Shown: positions 25,610 through 38,926 of the stretch, in pieces
Layout: each line of letters begins with the position of its first letter
Numbering within the stretch: the stretch's first letter is position 1
Assembly: GCA_951406725.2 (NCBI GenBank)
Contig: OX597817.1
Coordinates: 172,546,001 to 172,610,000, forward strand
Direction: 5' to 3'
Origin: Octopus vulgaris
Taxonomy: Eukaryota
Length of the DNA stretch: 64,000 nucleotides
The notes under the pieces: generated by a model
Databases searched by the model: none
Told to the model about the DNA's origin: nothing
The model's input: only the letters and a program-made list of their open reading frames with translations
Translations under genes and position numbers: made by a program

Positions 25610-25935
25610 TAGGGGATAGGGTAAAGATTCCCTTCGGCCATGAATGACCATGGGATTACGTCTAGAAAGCTACACTCCGAAGCACATGTCCGGGCAAGGT
25701 TGTTTTTGGAAGACCAGCAGTCACCCATGCATTCAAGCCTCCCCTATCCACGCTACCGATGTTATCCAAGGGAAAAGGCAAAGGGGCCGATACAGCTAGG
25801 CACCAGTGACGTCACAACTCATTTCTACTGCTTAGTGAACTGGAGCAATGACAACACATAGCCTTGTCCGGAAATCGAACTCGCTATCTCATGATTGTGA
25901 GTCCGACGTTCTAACCACTGAGCCATACGCCTTCA
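25610..25935 (-). mobile_element. tRNA-headed SINE (family D)
   Basis: Reverse-complement head ggcgtatggctcagtggttaga...gagttcgatttccgg. The body is shared with 52860-53195. Confidence 0.8.
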
Positions 25936-25999
25936 AACAATAATTTAAGGCAGTTATTACTGTCTCTCCTAAAAAAAAAAGTCTCAAAACTTCTGAAAT

Positions 26000-26380
26000 G
26001 TACTCTTTTACTTGTTTCAGTCATTTGACTGCGGCCATGCCGGAGCACCGCCTTTTAGTCGAGCAAATCGACCCCAGGATTTATTCTTTGTAAGCCTAGT
26101 ACTTATTCTATCGGTCTCTTTTGCCGAACCGCTAAATTTCAGGGACGTAAACACACCAGCATCGGTTGTCAAGCGATGTTGGGGGACAAACACAGACGCA
26201 CAAACATATACATATATACGACAGGCTTCTTTCAATTTCCGTCTACCAAATCCACTCATAAGGCTTTGGTCGGCCCAAGGCTATAGTAGAAGACACTTGC
26301 CCAAGGTACCACAGAGTGGGACTGAACCCGGAACCATGCGGTTGGTAAGGAAGTTACTTACCACACAGCCACTCCTGCAC
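26000..26380 (-). mobile_element. SINE family A
   Basis: High similarity to 31749-32133, 33127-33545 and 43658-44058. Confidence 0.9.
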
Positions 26381-27197
26381 CAGTACCTCGCAGATCTTCA
26401 AAGTATGTTTTATAAAATCCCTCTTCGGACATAAAAAGAGATTCAAAGAACTGCCTTTGAGGTTTATGGTAGGAATTATTTCAATGCATTAAATTTGCCT
26501 CCTTTGTTGTTATGAAAAATGCATTCATCATTTTCCAAGGTACACTGACTGGTTTTTAAAACCAATAATAAGTTAAGTCATATCTGTTGTTATTCCTGAC
26601 ACGTTTATCTAGGAAGAAACATTTAAGAAACATGTCAAGAATTTGTAACGATTTCAAATAAGCGTTAAAAATTATGCGCTTGTTTTGAATGCTGATAACT
26701 TAGTTTATAGAAAATCTAGTAATATATTCTTCGGATATCAGATTATCAAACATTCAATCTTCCGATTCTCAACAACTGGGACTATTATTGAAACTTAAAG
26801 TTCCTTCAAATTCTAAGAGCTTGTCCAAGATTATTTCATTAGTCAATTATTATGCAGGATGGCTACCAAGATATCCTGACATTATACGAATTCTTCCTGA
26901 TTCGTCTTATTTCCTATTATGCACTAAAACGATTGTGGCTTTTGGAAAGCTGAAAGAAGTAATTGCTAATTCTGCACTTCGGCGGCAATTCTCTCCTATG
27001 AGGTTTGATCAGTAGATTTCATTTCACGCTCGCTCAATAAGTATGAAAGACAAGGTCCTTCTAACGAAAAGGAAGCAGCAACAATTATTGAAAGCTTACG
27101 TGTATGGAAACATTTTTACTCTAAAGAGCTCATTATTAATAACAAAGCAATGATTACATGAGTGAATACATATATGTACATACACACACACACACAC

Positions 27198-27310
<113 letters not shown>

Positions 27311-27479
27311 TACATAAACATATACATATATACACACAAAAGGCTAAAGAGCCTTGACCAGCATACACGACTGCAAACATTGCAAACCAAGCTTTCCTCA
27401 TTCACTACGCTTGCAGTGCACTTTCGAGCAGCACGATTAAATTATTTATGAAGAATATGTGCTTTTTCAAATGCGTCGA

Positions 27480-29570
27480 CACTCACCTTAACCTGCTTCT
27501 TCCATCTGTGGTGATGACAAGCATTGCTCTCCCAGTCGGTCTCCTGTATATCAGATCATTGCAGTGGTGATTTTACACTGCTATAGTGGGCAAGTGCTAG
27601 ATTTTGCTCTATAGCTGAAAGTCTTCTGTACAGCAATACATTGTGGGCTTGGCACTTTACAACCAATAGTTGCTGAACTTCAGCATTATTTTCATCAAAC
27701 CAGTCCCTGGGTCTGGCAGTAGGATATCCCAGTGTTTCAGCAGCACATTGAAGAACCTGGTTTCGGAAATCTTCCCATACTGTAGTATTTTCAATACTGG
27801 ACAAGCGAGTCTGAAACTCTTTCCTCAACACAACATTATATATCTTGTGGACATTCAGACGCCGAGGAATGCCAACTGGCCCTCTTCCCTCTTTCAGTTT
27901 AATCATCATCCGGAACTTTGATCGCACCAGAGTGGTCTGTCCAGCATTCCGATCCATGAAAGGACTTGACATTACAAATGTCACAGATGTCACACTTGCG
28001 GATGATGACATAATCCAGCAGGCGCCAAACTTTAGACCTTGGATGCATCCACGTTGTTGTGTGATCCCCTTTGTGCATAATATGAGTGCTTGCGAGGTAG
28101 AGTCCATGTTCATTGCAAAACTTCAGCAGCATGAGACCATTGCTGCTCATTTTCCCGACAGCAAAACGTCATAGAGAGTTCCATGTTTGCCAGTCTGTTC
28201 CAGCCCAGGCATTGAAATCCCTCAGTAGAATGACTTTATCAGAATTTGGGATTTTTCTAAGCATGGCTCTCAGCTGGGAATAAAGAAGAGTTCTATCCTC
28301 ATCACAACTAGTCAAAGTAGGTGCATAGGCACTTATCAGAATAGCAAACCGCTCACCTTTCAGGTGCAATCGTAGTCATTAGACGTTCATCTATAAGAAC
28401 AGAAAGCTCCTCCAACTTCTTACGGATATCAGATCAAGCTGCAAAGCTAACAACCAGCCTCTCTACGCTCCTCTTTCAGTTTCCCCTTCCAAAAAAAGGT
28501 GTATCCACTTCCTACTTCTCCAAGATGACCATCACCTTCTATACGAGTCCCTGAAAGTGCAACTATATCAATGTTATAGTGGTTCAGCTCGCAAGCAACA
28601 AGTGCAGTATGTCCTTGAGGCTTACAATCACTTTTGTTATCCAACAGAGGGCGCACATTCCAACATGAAATGTTCAAGTTCCAACCAGATTTTGTAAAAA
28701 AAACTCTTTGTTTTTTGAAGCCAGATATAGAATGACAGGCAATTTTCTAGAACCTCCCCAGCCTCTGGGTGAGCAGTGCCCTCTCCAAATGGAGCTACTC
28801 AGATACCCATGCAGTAACCGAATCCTATCGCTGTCTTGGGCGACACGGAGACGACTTTATATCTAGCATGGGCCGCCTATGTGCAAGTCGCTGACTACAT
28901 GCTTCCAATCTGTCAGGTCTGCATGCTTCACCGCCTTCCCATCGCCACTGGACTTCCGAATAAAAATAAAATAAATATATACTAAAAATAAAAATACATA
29001 TATACTGAAAATAAAATAAATATATATGGGGGGGGGGAAGCTGTACATATCGAGCAGAGGTCAGTAGTGTAGAGTTTTAGGTCCAATAAGGCTTGCACGA
29101 TACCTCTTAGACCCTCTCCATTCTATTGACATTATCCAGAGACAAGCCAGAGCTAGATATCTGATGCCAATATGAGTCGCAGGCTTGGGGATGTGGGAGC
29201 GCCATGATCTCTAGCACAAACCAAAGATCCCCAAAATGTCCAATACCATTCCTTGCATATCTGGTTTTGTATCAGAGTGACCTTCTAGAGACATGCTTCA
29301 ACAGAAGCTGAGGGGTGCCTCACTCCCAGTGGTCCTCTAGCACGCCGGACACCATCCCGAAATTTCTTATATTACTAGATGGCCATTGAGGCTGCACTAG
29401 GTTCATCCGACCTTTCAACGGGTCTTTTTACCTTAATCCCGCTGGGTTGGGTTTCTAGCAACCCTCCTCACCAGGATAGCCTGGTGGGGGTGCCGGTTTA
29501 GTCACTGACAACCCGACCATGCAACAGGTTGTACTGGATTCCATGTTACCAGTAGCACTTATGAGAGCCT
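27480..29570 (-). mobile_element. 5' part of an RTE LINE (5'UTR plus AP endonuclease), frameshifted
   Basis: ORF pieces CWNVRPLLD..TALVACELNHYNIDIVALSGTR..GYTFFWKG, ISAYAPTL..LLRDFNAW, TWMHPRSKVWRLLDYVII..CWTDH and RDWFDENN. Confidence 0.92.
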
Positions 29571-31359
29571 CATAAGTGACCTGACATACATACATACATA
29601 CATACATGTGTGTGTGTGTGTGTGTGGACTTCCGTCTACCGTATCCACTCACAAGGCATTGATCGGCCCGAGGCGATAGAAGAAAACACTTGTCTAAGGT
29701 GCTATGCAATATGAATGAACCAGAAACCACATTGTTACAAAGCGAGCTACCTCTCCATATAGATATGCCTCTGTGTGTGTGTGCGCGCGCGCGCGTGTGC
29801 GTGTGTGTGTGTGTGTGTGCGTGTGTGTGTGTGCGTGTGTGCGTGCGTGCGTCCATGTATGTGTGTGTGCGTGCGTTCATGTGTGTGTGTGTGTGTGTGC
29901 GTGTGTGCGTGCGTGCGTCCATGTGTGTGTGTGTGTGTGTGCGTGCGTGCGTTCATGTGTGTGTGAGTGCGTTCATGTGTGTGTGTATGCGTGTGTGTGT
30001 GTGTGCGTGCTAAAATGTGACGTATGGCAACCATTATATTCTGTAACATTCCAATGTAACAAAACGCGAACGAGGAGTGATTTAAAAGGCAGAGATAAGT
30101 TTAAAGAGGTATAAAGCTGCTTTCTATAATGAAGCTAAAAACATCATCGAGCTGCACGGCAAAGAAATCAAAAGAATGAGTGCCACTGTCAGAGTACAAA
30201 GTAAATTAGAAGGTGATAGAAATATCAGGATATGTTGCAATGCTGAGAATATGCGGTGGGATGCCATACATAAATCTCTTAACATTCCGTGAAGCAAATA
30301 AAAACATCGTTCATTTAACGTAACATGTAAGTTTTGTGGAGCGAAACACTTTGATACAGAGAAATTCAATGATTGCTTATATAACTACAACTGTAAAGTT
30401 CAGATCCCCCCAACAGAACACCTGAAGAATATTATGAGTCAGCAATATCATCTGCCTTATTCCATATTAGAGTTTACAGTTTGGCACTTTCGTTGATTTC
30501 AAATAGCTGAGCCACATGGTCGAGGGCCCATGGGTAGATTTATCATCGAACTTCTTATATGCAGCCAATAGGAGACGAAAGATAATTTGTTCAACGGTTT
30601 CTTTTCGGTTCAGCAACAGCTTATAAGATAACTCTTAATTGCGAAGCTAATGAAGGGCGTATCCCTGAAATTATGGGTATTATCTGTAGTATTATTAGCG
30701 AAAATAATGTCTATGCTATGGCATAGAAATGCTACAAGAAGTGGAGGATGAGATGGAGCACACATAGCAGAAAAATAGACAAGCATAGTGTTTACAAGAA
30801 GCAGTTGTCTTGATAGACGACTCTAATTTGTCGACAACGAACAATGTGACAGTTGCATTCAAGAATGCAAATAGAATGCCACCATTTCACAAAGACTTCT
30901 GCATCTATCCAAGAAATTCAGATAACATAAATCGTATTACGATAACTAAGTTTTAACTTCATGGCAAATAAATATTTTACCAATATTGAAAACAGTTGAC
31001 AATCTAATTTACCAGTTACTGAAAGAAGAATGAGAGATGGTGGTTGAAATAAGGGTAAACCATTGACACACAAAATACTGCAAAAAGCAAGAGAAGATAA
31101 ATTTAATCTTATACTGCATGTATCTTTCACAACATAAAAATGTTTTATCACAAGACACTAGAAATGGTGCCAAAATATGGAAAACCTGATCTCTTCTTTA
31201 GAATAACATGTAATCCATCATAACCAAGAATTTTTTTTAAATACATATATAAAATGGTTAAACTGCTTCAGATCGCTCTGACTGGATAGCATGGGTATTT
31301 AAAAGCAAACTATTAAATGCGCTATTTGAAGACATACGAGTAAATACAAGATTCTTCGA

Positions 31360-31570
31360 GGAGGCAGAATCGTTAGCACGCCGGACAAAATGCTTCGCAA
31401 CATTTCGTCCATCTTTACGTTCTGAGTTCAAATTCAATCGAGGTTGACTTTTTCTTTTACCCTTTCGGGGTCAATGAAATAAGTACCGAATGAGCACTGG
31501 GGTCGATGTAATCGACTACCTCGATCCCCCAAAATTTTAGGCCTTGTACCAACGCCAGACAATATAATTA
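31360..31570 (+). mobile_element. SINE family B inserted in the Helitron
   Basis: ggcagaatcgttagcacgccgg...gttctgagttcaaatt...cctttcggggtc. aagattctt is duplicated on both sides. Confidence 0.85.
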
Positions 31571-31748
31571 TAAGATTCTTCATGTGAACTAAGCATTTAA
31601 TTATTCCACTGAATTTCAAAATTGAGGACAGCCTCACGTTCATATTTTCATCATATTATTAAACACAGAGAATTTTCAATGATCCAATTGAAAATGATGA
31701 GATTATTTGTGCAGAGTTTCCAAAACCAGTAACAGAATCAAACGTCTA

Positions 31749-32133
31749 CTCTCTTTACTCTTTACTCTTTTATTTGTTTCAGTCATTTGACTGCGGCCAT
31801 GCTGAAGCACCGCCTTTAGTCAAGCAAATCGACCCCAGGACTTATTCTTTGTAAGCCTAGTACTTATTCTATCGGTCTCTTTTGCCGAACCGCTAAGTTA
31901 CGGGGACGTAAACACACCAGCATCGGTTGTCAAGCGATGTTGGTGGGGTGGGGGAACAAACACAGACACACAAACACACACATATATATATATATACGAC
32001 GAGCTTCTTTCAGTTTCCGTCTACGAAATCCACTCACAAAGCTTTGGTCGGCCCTTTCCCTAGGTGCCACGCAGTGGGACTGAACCCGGAACCATGTGGT
32101 TGGTAAGCAAGCTACTTACCACACAGCCACTCT
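31749..32133 (-). mobile_element. SINE family A inserted in the Helitron
   Basis: (ttactctt)n tail, family A body and a short tctac duplication. Confidence 0.9.
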
Positions 32134-32626
32134 ACGATATTGTTACAAGAAAAATGTCTGATTCAAGGATCCTACAGTGAAACAAATCCAAATGCAGCAT
32201 TTTCAGAAAAAAACTTAATGCTCAAAAGAGTTTTCTGAAGACTTCAGATAGAGCACAACGGCTCGTGGCTAAGCATGATAAATTGATAATCATTGATATT
32301 GGTAACGGAAATGTTGTACCATACACAAATCTCTAACAAACATGTACGACTCATATCAATACTGCAATATACTCTTCCAAAGACATATATTTCGCTTAGG
32401 CATTGCGTGACTAGTAATCTGGTGTAGAACTCATTAGACTTTATGCTCCAAAATGAAGCGTTAGTCGAGTAAAAAGGAATAATATGGAAATGAGATGAGA
32501 AAGGAATAAACGAGTATCTTATGAACTGCATTGGCTTACAACTGTTTCTGCATCTTATAGTAGAGGCAACTGTAAGCTAATCAGGTTCATATGATAGTCA
32601 TTTATTCCTTTGTCATATCATTTTCT

Positions 32627-32729
<103 letters not shown>

Positions 32730-33126
32730 ATATATAATACATACATACACATACGCACATCTATACATTACATACATGCATGCATGCATACATACATACA
32801 TACATACATACATACATAAATACCCACACAAACACACCTACAAACATATATACAAAAATGTGCGTGTGTGTTTGTGTGTGTAGATGGACGGACGGACGGA
32901 CGGACGTAGGTATGATGTAGACGTACACTCAGACTTCAATAAGAGTAATAAACAAAAAGGACACCGAAAACCTTGTAGGTACGTAACAACGAATTCAATT
33001 ACCTGATGCAAATTTAATGTTGTGTCCCTGAAAAGCTGTGAGCGTGGGTGAAGTTTAAAACAATAAGGTATTTAAAAGAGGAAAGATAACTCTTTCAAGC
33101 ATACTAAAGTTTGTTTGTTTTGTTTG

Positions 33127-33545
33127 TTTACTCTTTTACTCTTTTACTTGTTTCAGTCATTTGACTGCGGCCATGCTGGAGCACCGCCTTTTAGTCGAGC
33201 AAATAGACCCCGGGACTTATTCTTTGTAAGCCCAGTACTTATTCTATCGGTTTCTTTTGCCGAACCGCTAAGTGACGGGTACGTAAACACACCAGTATCG
33301 GTTGTCAAGCGATGCTAGGGGGACAAACACAGACACACAAACACACACACATACACATATATATATAAATACATATATACGACAGGCTTCTTTCAGTTTC
33401 CGTCTACCAAATCCACTCACAAGGCATTGGTCGGCCCGGGGCTATAGCAGAAGACACTTGCCCAAGATGCCACGCAGTGGGACTGAACCTGGAACCATGT
33501 GGTTGGTTAGCAAGCTACTTACCACACAGCTACTCCTGCGCCTAT
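33127..33545 (-). mobile_element. SINE family A, full length
   Basis: Reverse-complement head ggcgcaggagtagctgtgtggtaag...ggttcagtcccactgcg; tail (aagagtaa)n. Confidence 0.9.
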
Positions 33546-34169
33546 TTTTATTTTTTTTTATTTATAGTATCCTTCTGCTATTTCAACTGGTTCCATATAA
33601 TGGGTTGTGCGTACGTTGGAGCACGCTATCGATATTATTGCAGCTTTCGGCAACATAATAGGTTATTAATTATTAATTTCGAGTTAATATATAATATCGA
33701 TTTCTCTTAAGATGCACAAGGCTTCGTATTCATAATGAACTTATACACATTGGTGTTCATATTTTTTCAATTGTTCTTTTCAAACAGTTAATTATCAATA
33801 TAAATATAGTGAAATGGATTATAAAGTGATCACGGAAGTAGAGTCACGATTGTATTTATTGTACAATAGCTGAAGAGGCTGACTGCCAAATTTGATACGT
33901 CAAATGCATCGATTCTTACGGATTGTTTTGTGTGTGTGTGTGTTTTGAGGGAATGCGTTCTATTTTGGACTTGTTATGACGTAAGCACTGTGAATGAAAC
34001 GAAGAAGACAAAAACTTGTGAAAGCCCGTCACATGGATCGAACATGAAGTTCATGCGGTTTCGCTTTATCACAGTGGGACGCTGAAATCTGCCTGAGTAT
34101 TATAACGTTGAGGGTTACGAGTGTGCGTGAGAGAGAGATTCAACCACTTACTCTTATGCTCCAATGTGT

Positions 34170-34553
34170 GGAAGCACTCCGTCGGTTACGACGACGAGGG
34201 TTCCGGTTGATCCGAATCAACGGAACAGCCTGCTCATGAAATTAACGTGTATGTGGCTAAGCACTCCACAGACACGTGTACCCTTAACGTAGTTCTCGGG
34301 GATATTCAGCGTGACACAGAGAGTGACAAGATCGGCCCTTTGAAATACAGGTACAAGAGAAACAGGAAGAGAGAGTGAAAGGAAGTTGTGGTGAAAGAGT
34401 ACAGCAGGGATCACCACCATCCCCTGCCGGAGCCTCGTGGAGCTTTAGGTGTTTTCGCTCAATAAACACTCACAACGCCCGGTCTGGGAATCGAAACCGC
34501 GATCCTACGACCGCGAGTCCGCTGCCCTAACCACTGGGCCATTGCGCCTCCAC
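34170..34553 (-). mobile_element. Young tRNA(Arg-like) SINE family C with TSD
   Basis: Reverse-complement head gtggaggcgcaatggcccagtggttagggcagcggactcgcgg...ggtttcgattccc (A and B boxes). TSD is tatgctcca. Confidence 0.9.
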
Positions 34554-34647
34554 TATGCTCCAGTGAGTAGGTAATTCAATCGATTGAACAACCGAAATAA
34601 TTATCGTCGAACCATCATTAAGCATGATACAAACATGGCTATTTTAA

Positions 34648-34875
34648 TTACCCTTTAGCATTTACATAACTCTCTTAAATGTAGGCCTTATTTATTCACG
34701 TTGTTTTGAATTAACTTACCATTATCTTGAAGCGTTGAGATTCTGATGGTGTAACTGATTATTTTTGTAATGACACTTTAGGGTCAGTGTGAGAGGCCAG
34801 ATTTGTCCAATTTGAACATTAAAAAATGTAGAATATTTAGGCTGGATATGGCCGGTTTAACTGCTTACGGTTTTA
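34648..34875. mobile_element. piggyBac-like MITE, degenerate
   Basis: Starts accctttagcatt and is homologous in reverse to 57339-57766. Confidence 0.55.
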
Positions 34876-34956
34876 TACTGCTTTTATTGCATATAAAGGA
34901 TTTCTATTAAGACGGTCGACTATTCGTAATATTAATGAATTCTTATTCACTGTTTC

Positions 34957-36798
34957 CTACATATAACTAGGTCTATCATTGGGCTTCCTATAAGGCTTAT
35001 AAATGTTCTTATTTAGATCTGAGGATACATCTAAGAAATTGACAACCGTCAGGTTGGTGTCTGTAGTTATACTAAGTCCGAGGGTTTTCATCAAATGGAT
35101 AATGTCCTTCCTAAACCGATCCTGTGCTGGTCCATTGGTATTTGCGGTTAAGGCGAGGGCATCATCTTTGTAGATGGCGAAGTATACGTCAGGAAAGGTG
35201 TTGCCCAACGTATCGAGTAGAAATAATCCAATAAGATCGCAAGACCTTTCCTGACGTATATTTCACCATCTACAAAGATGATGCTCTCGCCTTAACCACA
35301 AATACCAATGGACCAGCACAGGATCGGTTTAGGAAGGACATTATTCATTTGATGAAAATCCTCGGACTTAGTATAACTACAGACACCAACCTGACGGTTG
35401 TCAATTTCCTAGATGTATCCTTAGATCTAAATAAGAACATTTATAAGCCTTATAGGGAGCCCAATGATAGACTAAGTTATATTAATGTAGGTTCATGCCA
35501 TCCCCCTATAGTATTCAAAAATTTAGTTAAAAACATTAGCAAGAGACTTTCTAGCCTCTCCTCCGATAAGGACATTTTTTATAGCGTTGCCCCAGTTTAT
35601 AATAAGGCTCTAAAAGATGGAGGTTTTAGCGAGGAAATAACCTATACACATGTCACCAGCCCAACAATAAAGAAGAGGAAACATAGGAATAGGAAAACCA
35701 TCTGGTTCACACACCCCTACTCACCCGAGGTAACCTTCAATATAGGCAAGTATTTCTTAGCACTGATAGATAGATCACACACAACACACAAAAGCCACAA
35801 TACGAAACCATGCAGGGAAAAAATTGTGCCCGCTAAATGAAGCTTGCATGTCCGAGAACATCATTTACGAAGCCACAGTGGACTCTATACCCACTAAAGA
35901 CATGGTTTCGACGAAGAAATACGTGGGCCTTACAGAGGGTAATTTCAAGGCCAGGTTCAATAATCACACCTTGAGCTTTAAGTACTGGGATAAAAGGAAA
36001 ACGACCAAATTATCCAGTCATATATGATCATTAAAAGATAAAGGTGTCAGTTACAACATCCATTGGAAGATTTTAGCCAAGTTTAAGCCCTACACCAAGG
36101 CCAGTGGAAAGTGCGGTCTATGTGATATGGAAAGATGGCTCATCTGGAAAAGCAGCTTAGACCCCACTACATGTCTGAATTCAAGAACTGAATTTTTCGG
36201 ATCACGTCCATATGTGGCCAAATATTTGTTACGTTTTTGGTCCCCCCGAGACTACAGATAGAACTTACTTTCTATATTGTGTCCACGCACAAGCTTTTTA
36301 TTTCTTTATACCTTTTACTTACTTTTCTTTATATATTTTACATACTTTTCTTATATATTTTTTATTTTTTTATTTATATTTTTTATACATATATTTCTTA
36401 CATATTTATAGAGATATTGGTTTTAGGCGCACGCACGTGGGTGTGCGGGCGCACATGTTTAGGTAGGAACAGGCACGCTTGCGCGAATACTATGAACTCT
36501 TTTACTCCTTTTCCTTTACTCCCTCCCCTCACTTAGCGGTCATTCGAATAGCTCTTTTGTCTTAATAACGGTCAATCACACAGTAATTTCCCTTTGTATA
36601 ACGGTCATTTTTAATGGCATTTTTCCGATGGCCGGATAACTGAAGAGATGGCGGCGTGGATTTTCACCTCGGCATCCGAAACTCGGAGTTTTATCATGGC
36701 TACCGAATAATTATTTCATATTACATTTACAGATAAATTCCTCTATTTACATAATATCGAGGTCTCTTTATTTTCATTTTTTTTGTTGTCCTACCATT

Positions 36799-36800
<2 letters not shown>
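34957..36800 (+). mobile_element. 5'-truncated Penelope-like element (RT C-terminus, GIY-YIG endonuclease, 3' pLTR) with an inverted 5' segment
   Basis: RT motifs IYKDDAL, VNFLDVSLDL, YKPYREPN and SCHPP. Endonuclease CPL..C...IIYEA..KYVGLTEGNFKARFNNH..CGLC. 34957-35199 is an inverted copy of 35244-35485. Confidence 0.92.
36628..36702 (+). ncRNA. Minimal type I hammerhead ribozyme in the Penelope 3' region
   Basis: Reads gataa-CTGAAGA-gatggcggcgtggattttcacctcggcatcc-GAAA-ctc g gag-TT-ttatc. Stem II is partly mutated. Penelope pLTRs are known to carry such motifs. Confidence 0.7.
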
Positions 36801-36841
<41 letters not shown>

Positions 36842-37010
36842 TATAAGTAAAAGGGCAGGCAACAGGTTGCTTTGCCGCATACCGAAAGAATTAAAAATAG
36901 CAGTCAGAGACTGTTTTTCTACAAGTGGGGGCTCCATATACGACATAACCCTGCAATTTACATATGCAAAATAGGAGGAGTAAATAAACGAAAACAATGC
37001 CTTACCGTTA

Positions 37011-37071
37011 ATGGTGAACATGTTTCTAGATCGGAGGTGAGAAAATGCCTCATGTCTTTCATCAGCGCCAT
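37011..37071 (-). ncRNA. Type I hammerhead ribozyme (left arm)
   Basis: Reverse complement reads atggcg-CTGATGA-aagacatgaggcattttctcacctccgatcta-GAAA-catg-TT-caccat. Confidence 0.65.
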
Positions 37072-37398
37072 CTTCGTTAGATTTATCAAATGCCACCAGC
37101 CTCCACTTTTGACCAGGCGTCATCAAATAGTGGGGAGGAAAGTGAGCATAGGCTAAAGCTATGTAGACGATTGAATCCGTAAATTCTCCCTCCAAAATTT
37201 TACCCTTATTATTATATTACTAATTGGATTTTTCACTCCCTTACGACTATCCTTGTAGTGCGCATGGCAGAATTTTGGAGGGAGAATTTACGGATTCAAT
37301 CGTCTACATAGCTTTAGCCTATGCTCACTTTCCTCCCCACTATTTGATGACGCCTGGTCAAAAGTGGAGGCTGGTGGCATTTGGTAAATCTAACGAAG

Positions 37399-37459
37399 AT
37401 GGCGCTGATGAAAGACATGAGGCATTTTCTCGCCTCCGATCTAGAAACATGTTCGCTAT
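37399..37459 (+). ncRNA. Type I hammerhead ribozyme (right arm)
   Basis: Reads atggcg-CTGATGA-aagacatgaggc attttctc gcctccgatcta-GAAA-catg-TT-cgctat. Confidence 0.7.
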
Positions 37460-37758
37460 TAACGGTAAGGCATTGTTTTCGTTTATTTATTCCTCCTATT
37501 TTGCATATGTGAATTGCAGGGTTATGTCGTACATGGAGCCCCACTTGTAGAAAATGGAAATAAACAGTCTCTGACTGCTATTTCTAATTCTTTCGGTATG
37601 TGGCAGAGCAACCTGTTGCCTTCCCTTCTACTTATATACTATATATACTGAACTCCACAGAAGTTCCCGACGCTAAAGGTCATATTTACATACCGAAATC
37701 TACCGGTAAATAATTGTTGGTTGTCTGAAAAACCATCGAAAACATTATTTACCCTTAT

Positions 37759-37810
<52 letters not shown>

Positions 37811-37962
37811 TACAGACAGAGAGACATCTTTCTCGCTGTCTTCTTTCGTCTCTCTTCTTCTTTCTCTATCTCTTATCTTCTTTCTTCTCCCCTTCACTTT
37901 CTAATTCTGTTACTTCCTAAAATGCCTTTGTGATTCACCATAATTTAAAAATCACTGTTCTA

Positions 37963-37964
<2 letters not shown>

Positions 37965-38000
<36 letters not shown>

Positions 38001-38133
38001 TCTTTGCGTATGTATGTGCGCAGATAGACAGACAGCCGGAGAGACAGACAGACAAACAAACAGACAGACAGACAGGCAGGGAGGTAGGGAGGTAGGCAGA
38101 CAGACAGACAGACAGATAGACAGATAGATAGAC

Positions 38134-38228
<95 letters not shown>

Positions 38229-38262
38229 GCGAGAGTGAGAGAGATAAACAGATAGAGAGAGT

Positions 38263-38348
<86 letters not shown>

Positions 38349-38386
38349 GCGAGAGTGAGAGAGATAAACAGATAGAAAGAGAGAGT

Positions 38387-38461
<75 letters not shown>
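37965..38461. repeat. (TG)n, (CAGA)n and (GATA)n field with an internal ~120-bp duplication
   Basis: Directly visible; gagcgagagtgagagagataaacagatag occurs twice. Confidence 0.95.
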
Positions 38462-38730
38462 CCCAATGCTCTCTTGTGGTCTTCGCCTAGCCAGGAATGC
38501 TTCATTAACAGCATCAGCCAATCCACCCCGCTTACCACGTCCTTTCTTTCGAGTAGATTTTTCTCATTTGGTGCTGTTGAGCGTGCCTACAAGCTTAATT
38601 TATCCCATAGATGTAGTTCCTATGTCTGCTGGTAGCGCCAGCGCCGACAACCGCAAAGGGAGCATGTCCACTCAGAGCTTTTTCGTGCGTTCAAAAATCA
38701 CATACTCACCACCGACTTTTCCATGACAAG
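38462..38730 (-). mobile_element. Probable decayed RTE 3' end running into (TATC)n
   Basis: Weak remnants of GHA...W and a terminal EAF motif precede the microsatellite tail. Confidence 0.4.
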
Positions 38731-38926
38731 GTTGGGGCCTGGAATCTTCCAAACAGACGCATGACATCTCACTTAGTCGAATTAGCCCTTCATTTACTCC
38801 GCAAATGTTCTATCGTCAATACTGCACTTGCCCGTTTCACATGTTTCAACTTAACTCTACCATACATACAAGCTATGAAATATCAACCGTATCAATCTCG
38901 TTAATAATTAACGGAGCTGTACTTAA

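Larger units (their letters stand above)
30250..32560 (+). pseudogene. Decayed Helitron Rep (HUH endonuclease) region, interrupted by two SINEs
   Basis: Ordered hand-translated motifs: VTCKFCGAKHFDTEKF; PHGRGP..IYHR; ISENNVYA; NNVTVAFKNANRMPPFHKDFCIYPR; KYGKPDLFFRITCNP (motif I); SDRSDWIAWVF; TEFQN*GQPHVHIF (HUH); DEIICAEFP; GNVVPY..THIN. Confidence 0.88.
36833..37648. mobile_element. Inverted pair of ~370-bp non-coding pLTR/retrozyme-like units
   Basis: 36833-37199 mirrors 37271-37648 at high identity across a ~70-bp spacer. Each arm carries a hammerhead and ends in TA repeats. Confidence 0.85.

Noticed and set aside
33880-34140. Promoter-like stretch with ttatgacgtaa
   Set aside because: A single motif with no associated gene or transcript evidence.
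34480-34553. tRNA genes at SINE heads
   Set aside because: A and B boxes are present, but there is no closed acceptor stem and the heads run into SINE bodies with TSDs.
36791-37550. Paired 134-aa and 108-aa ORFs
   Set aside because: They are mirror products of the inverted repeat with no recognisable domain.
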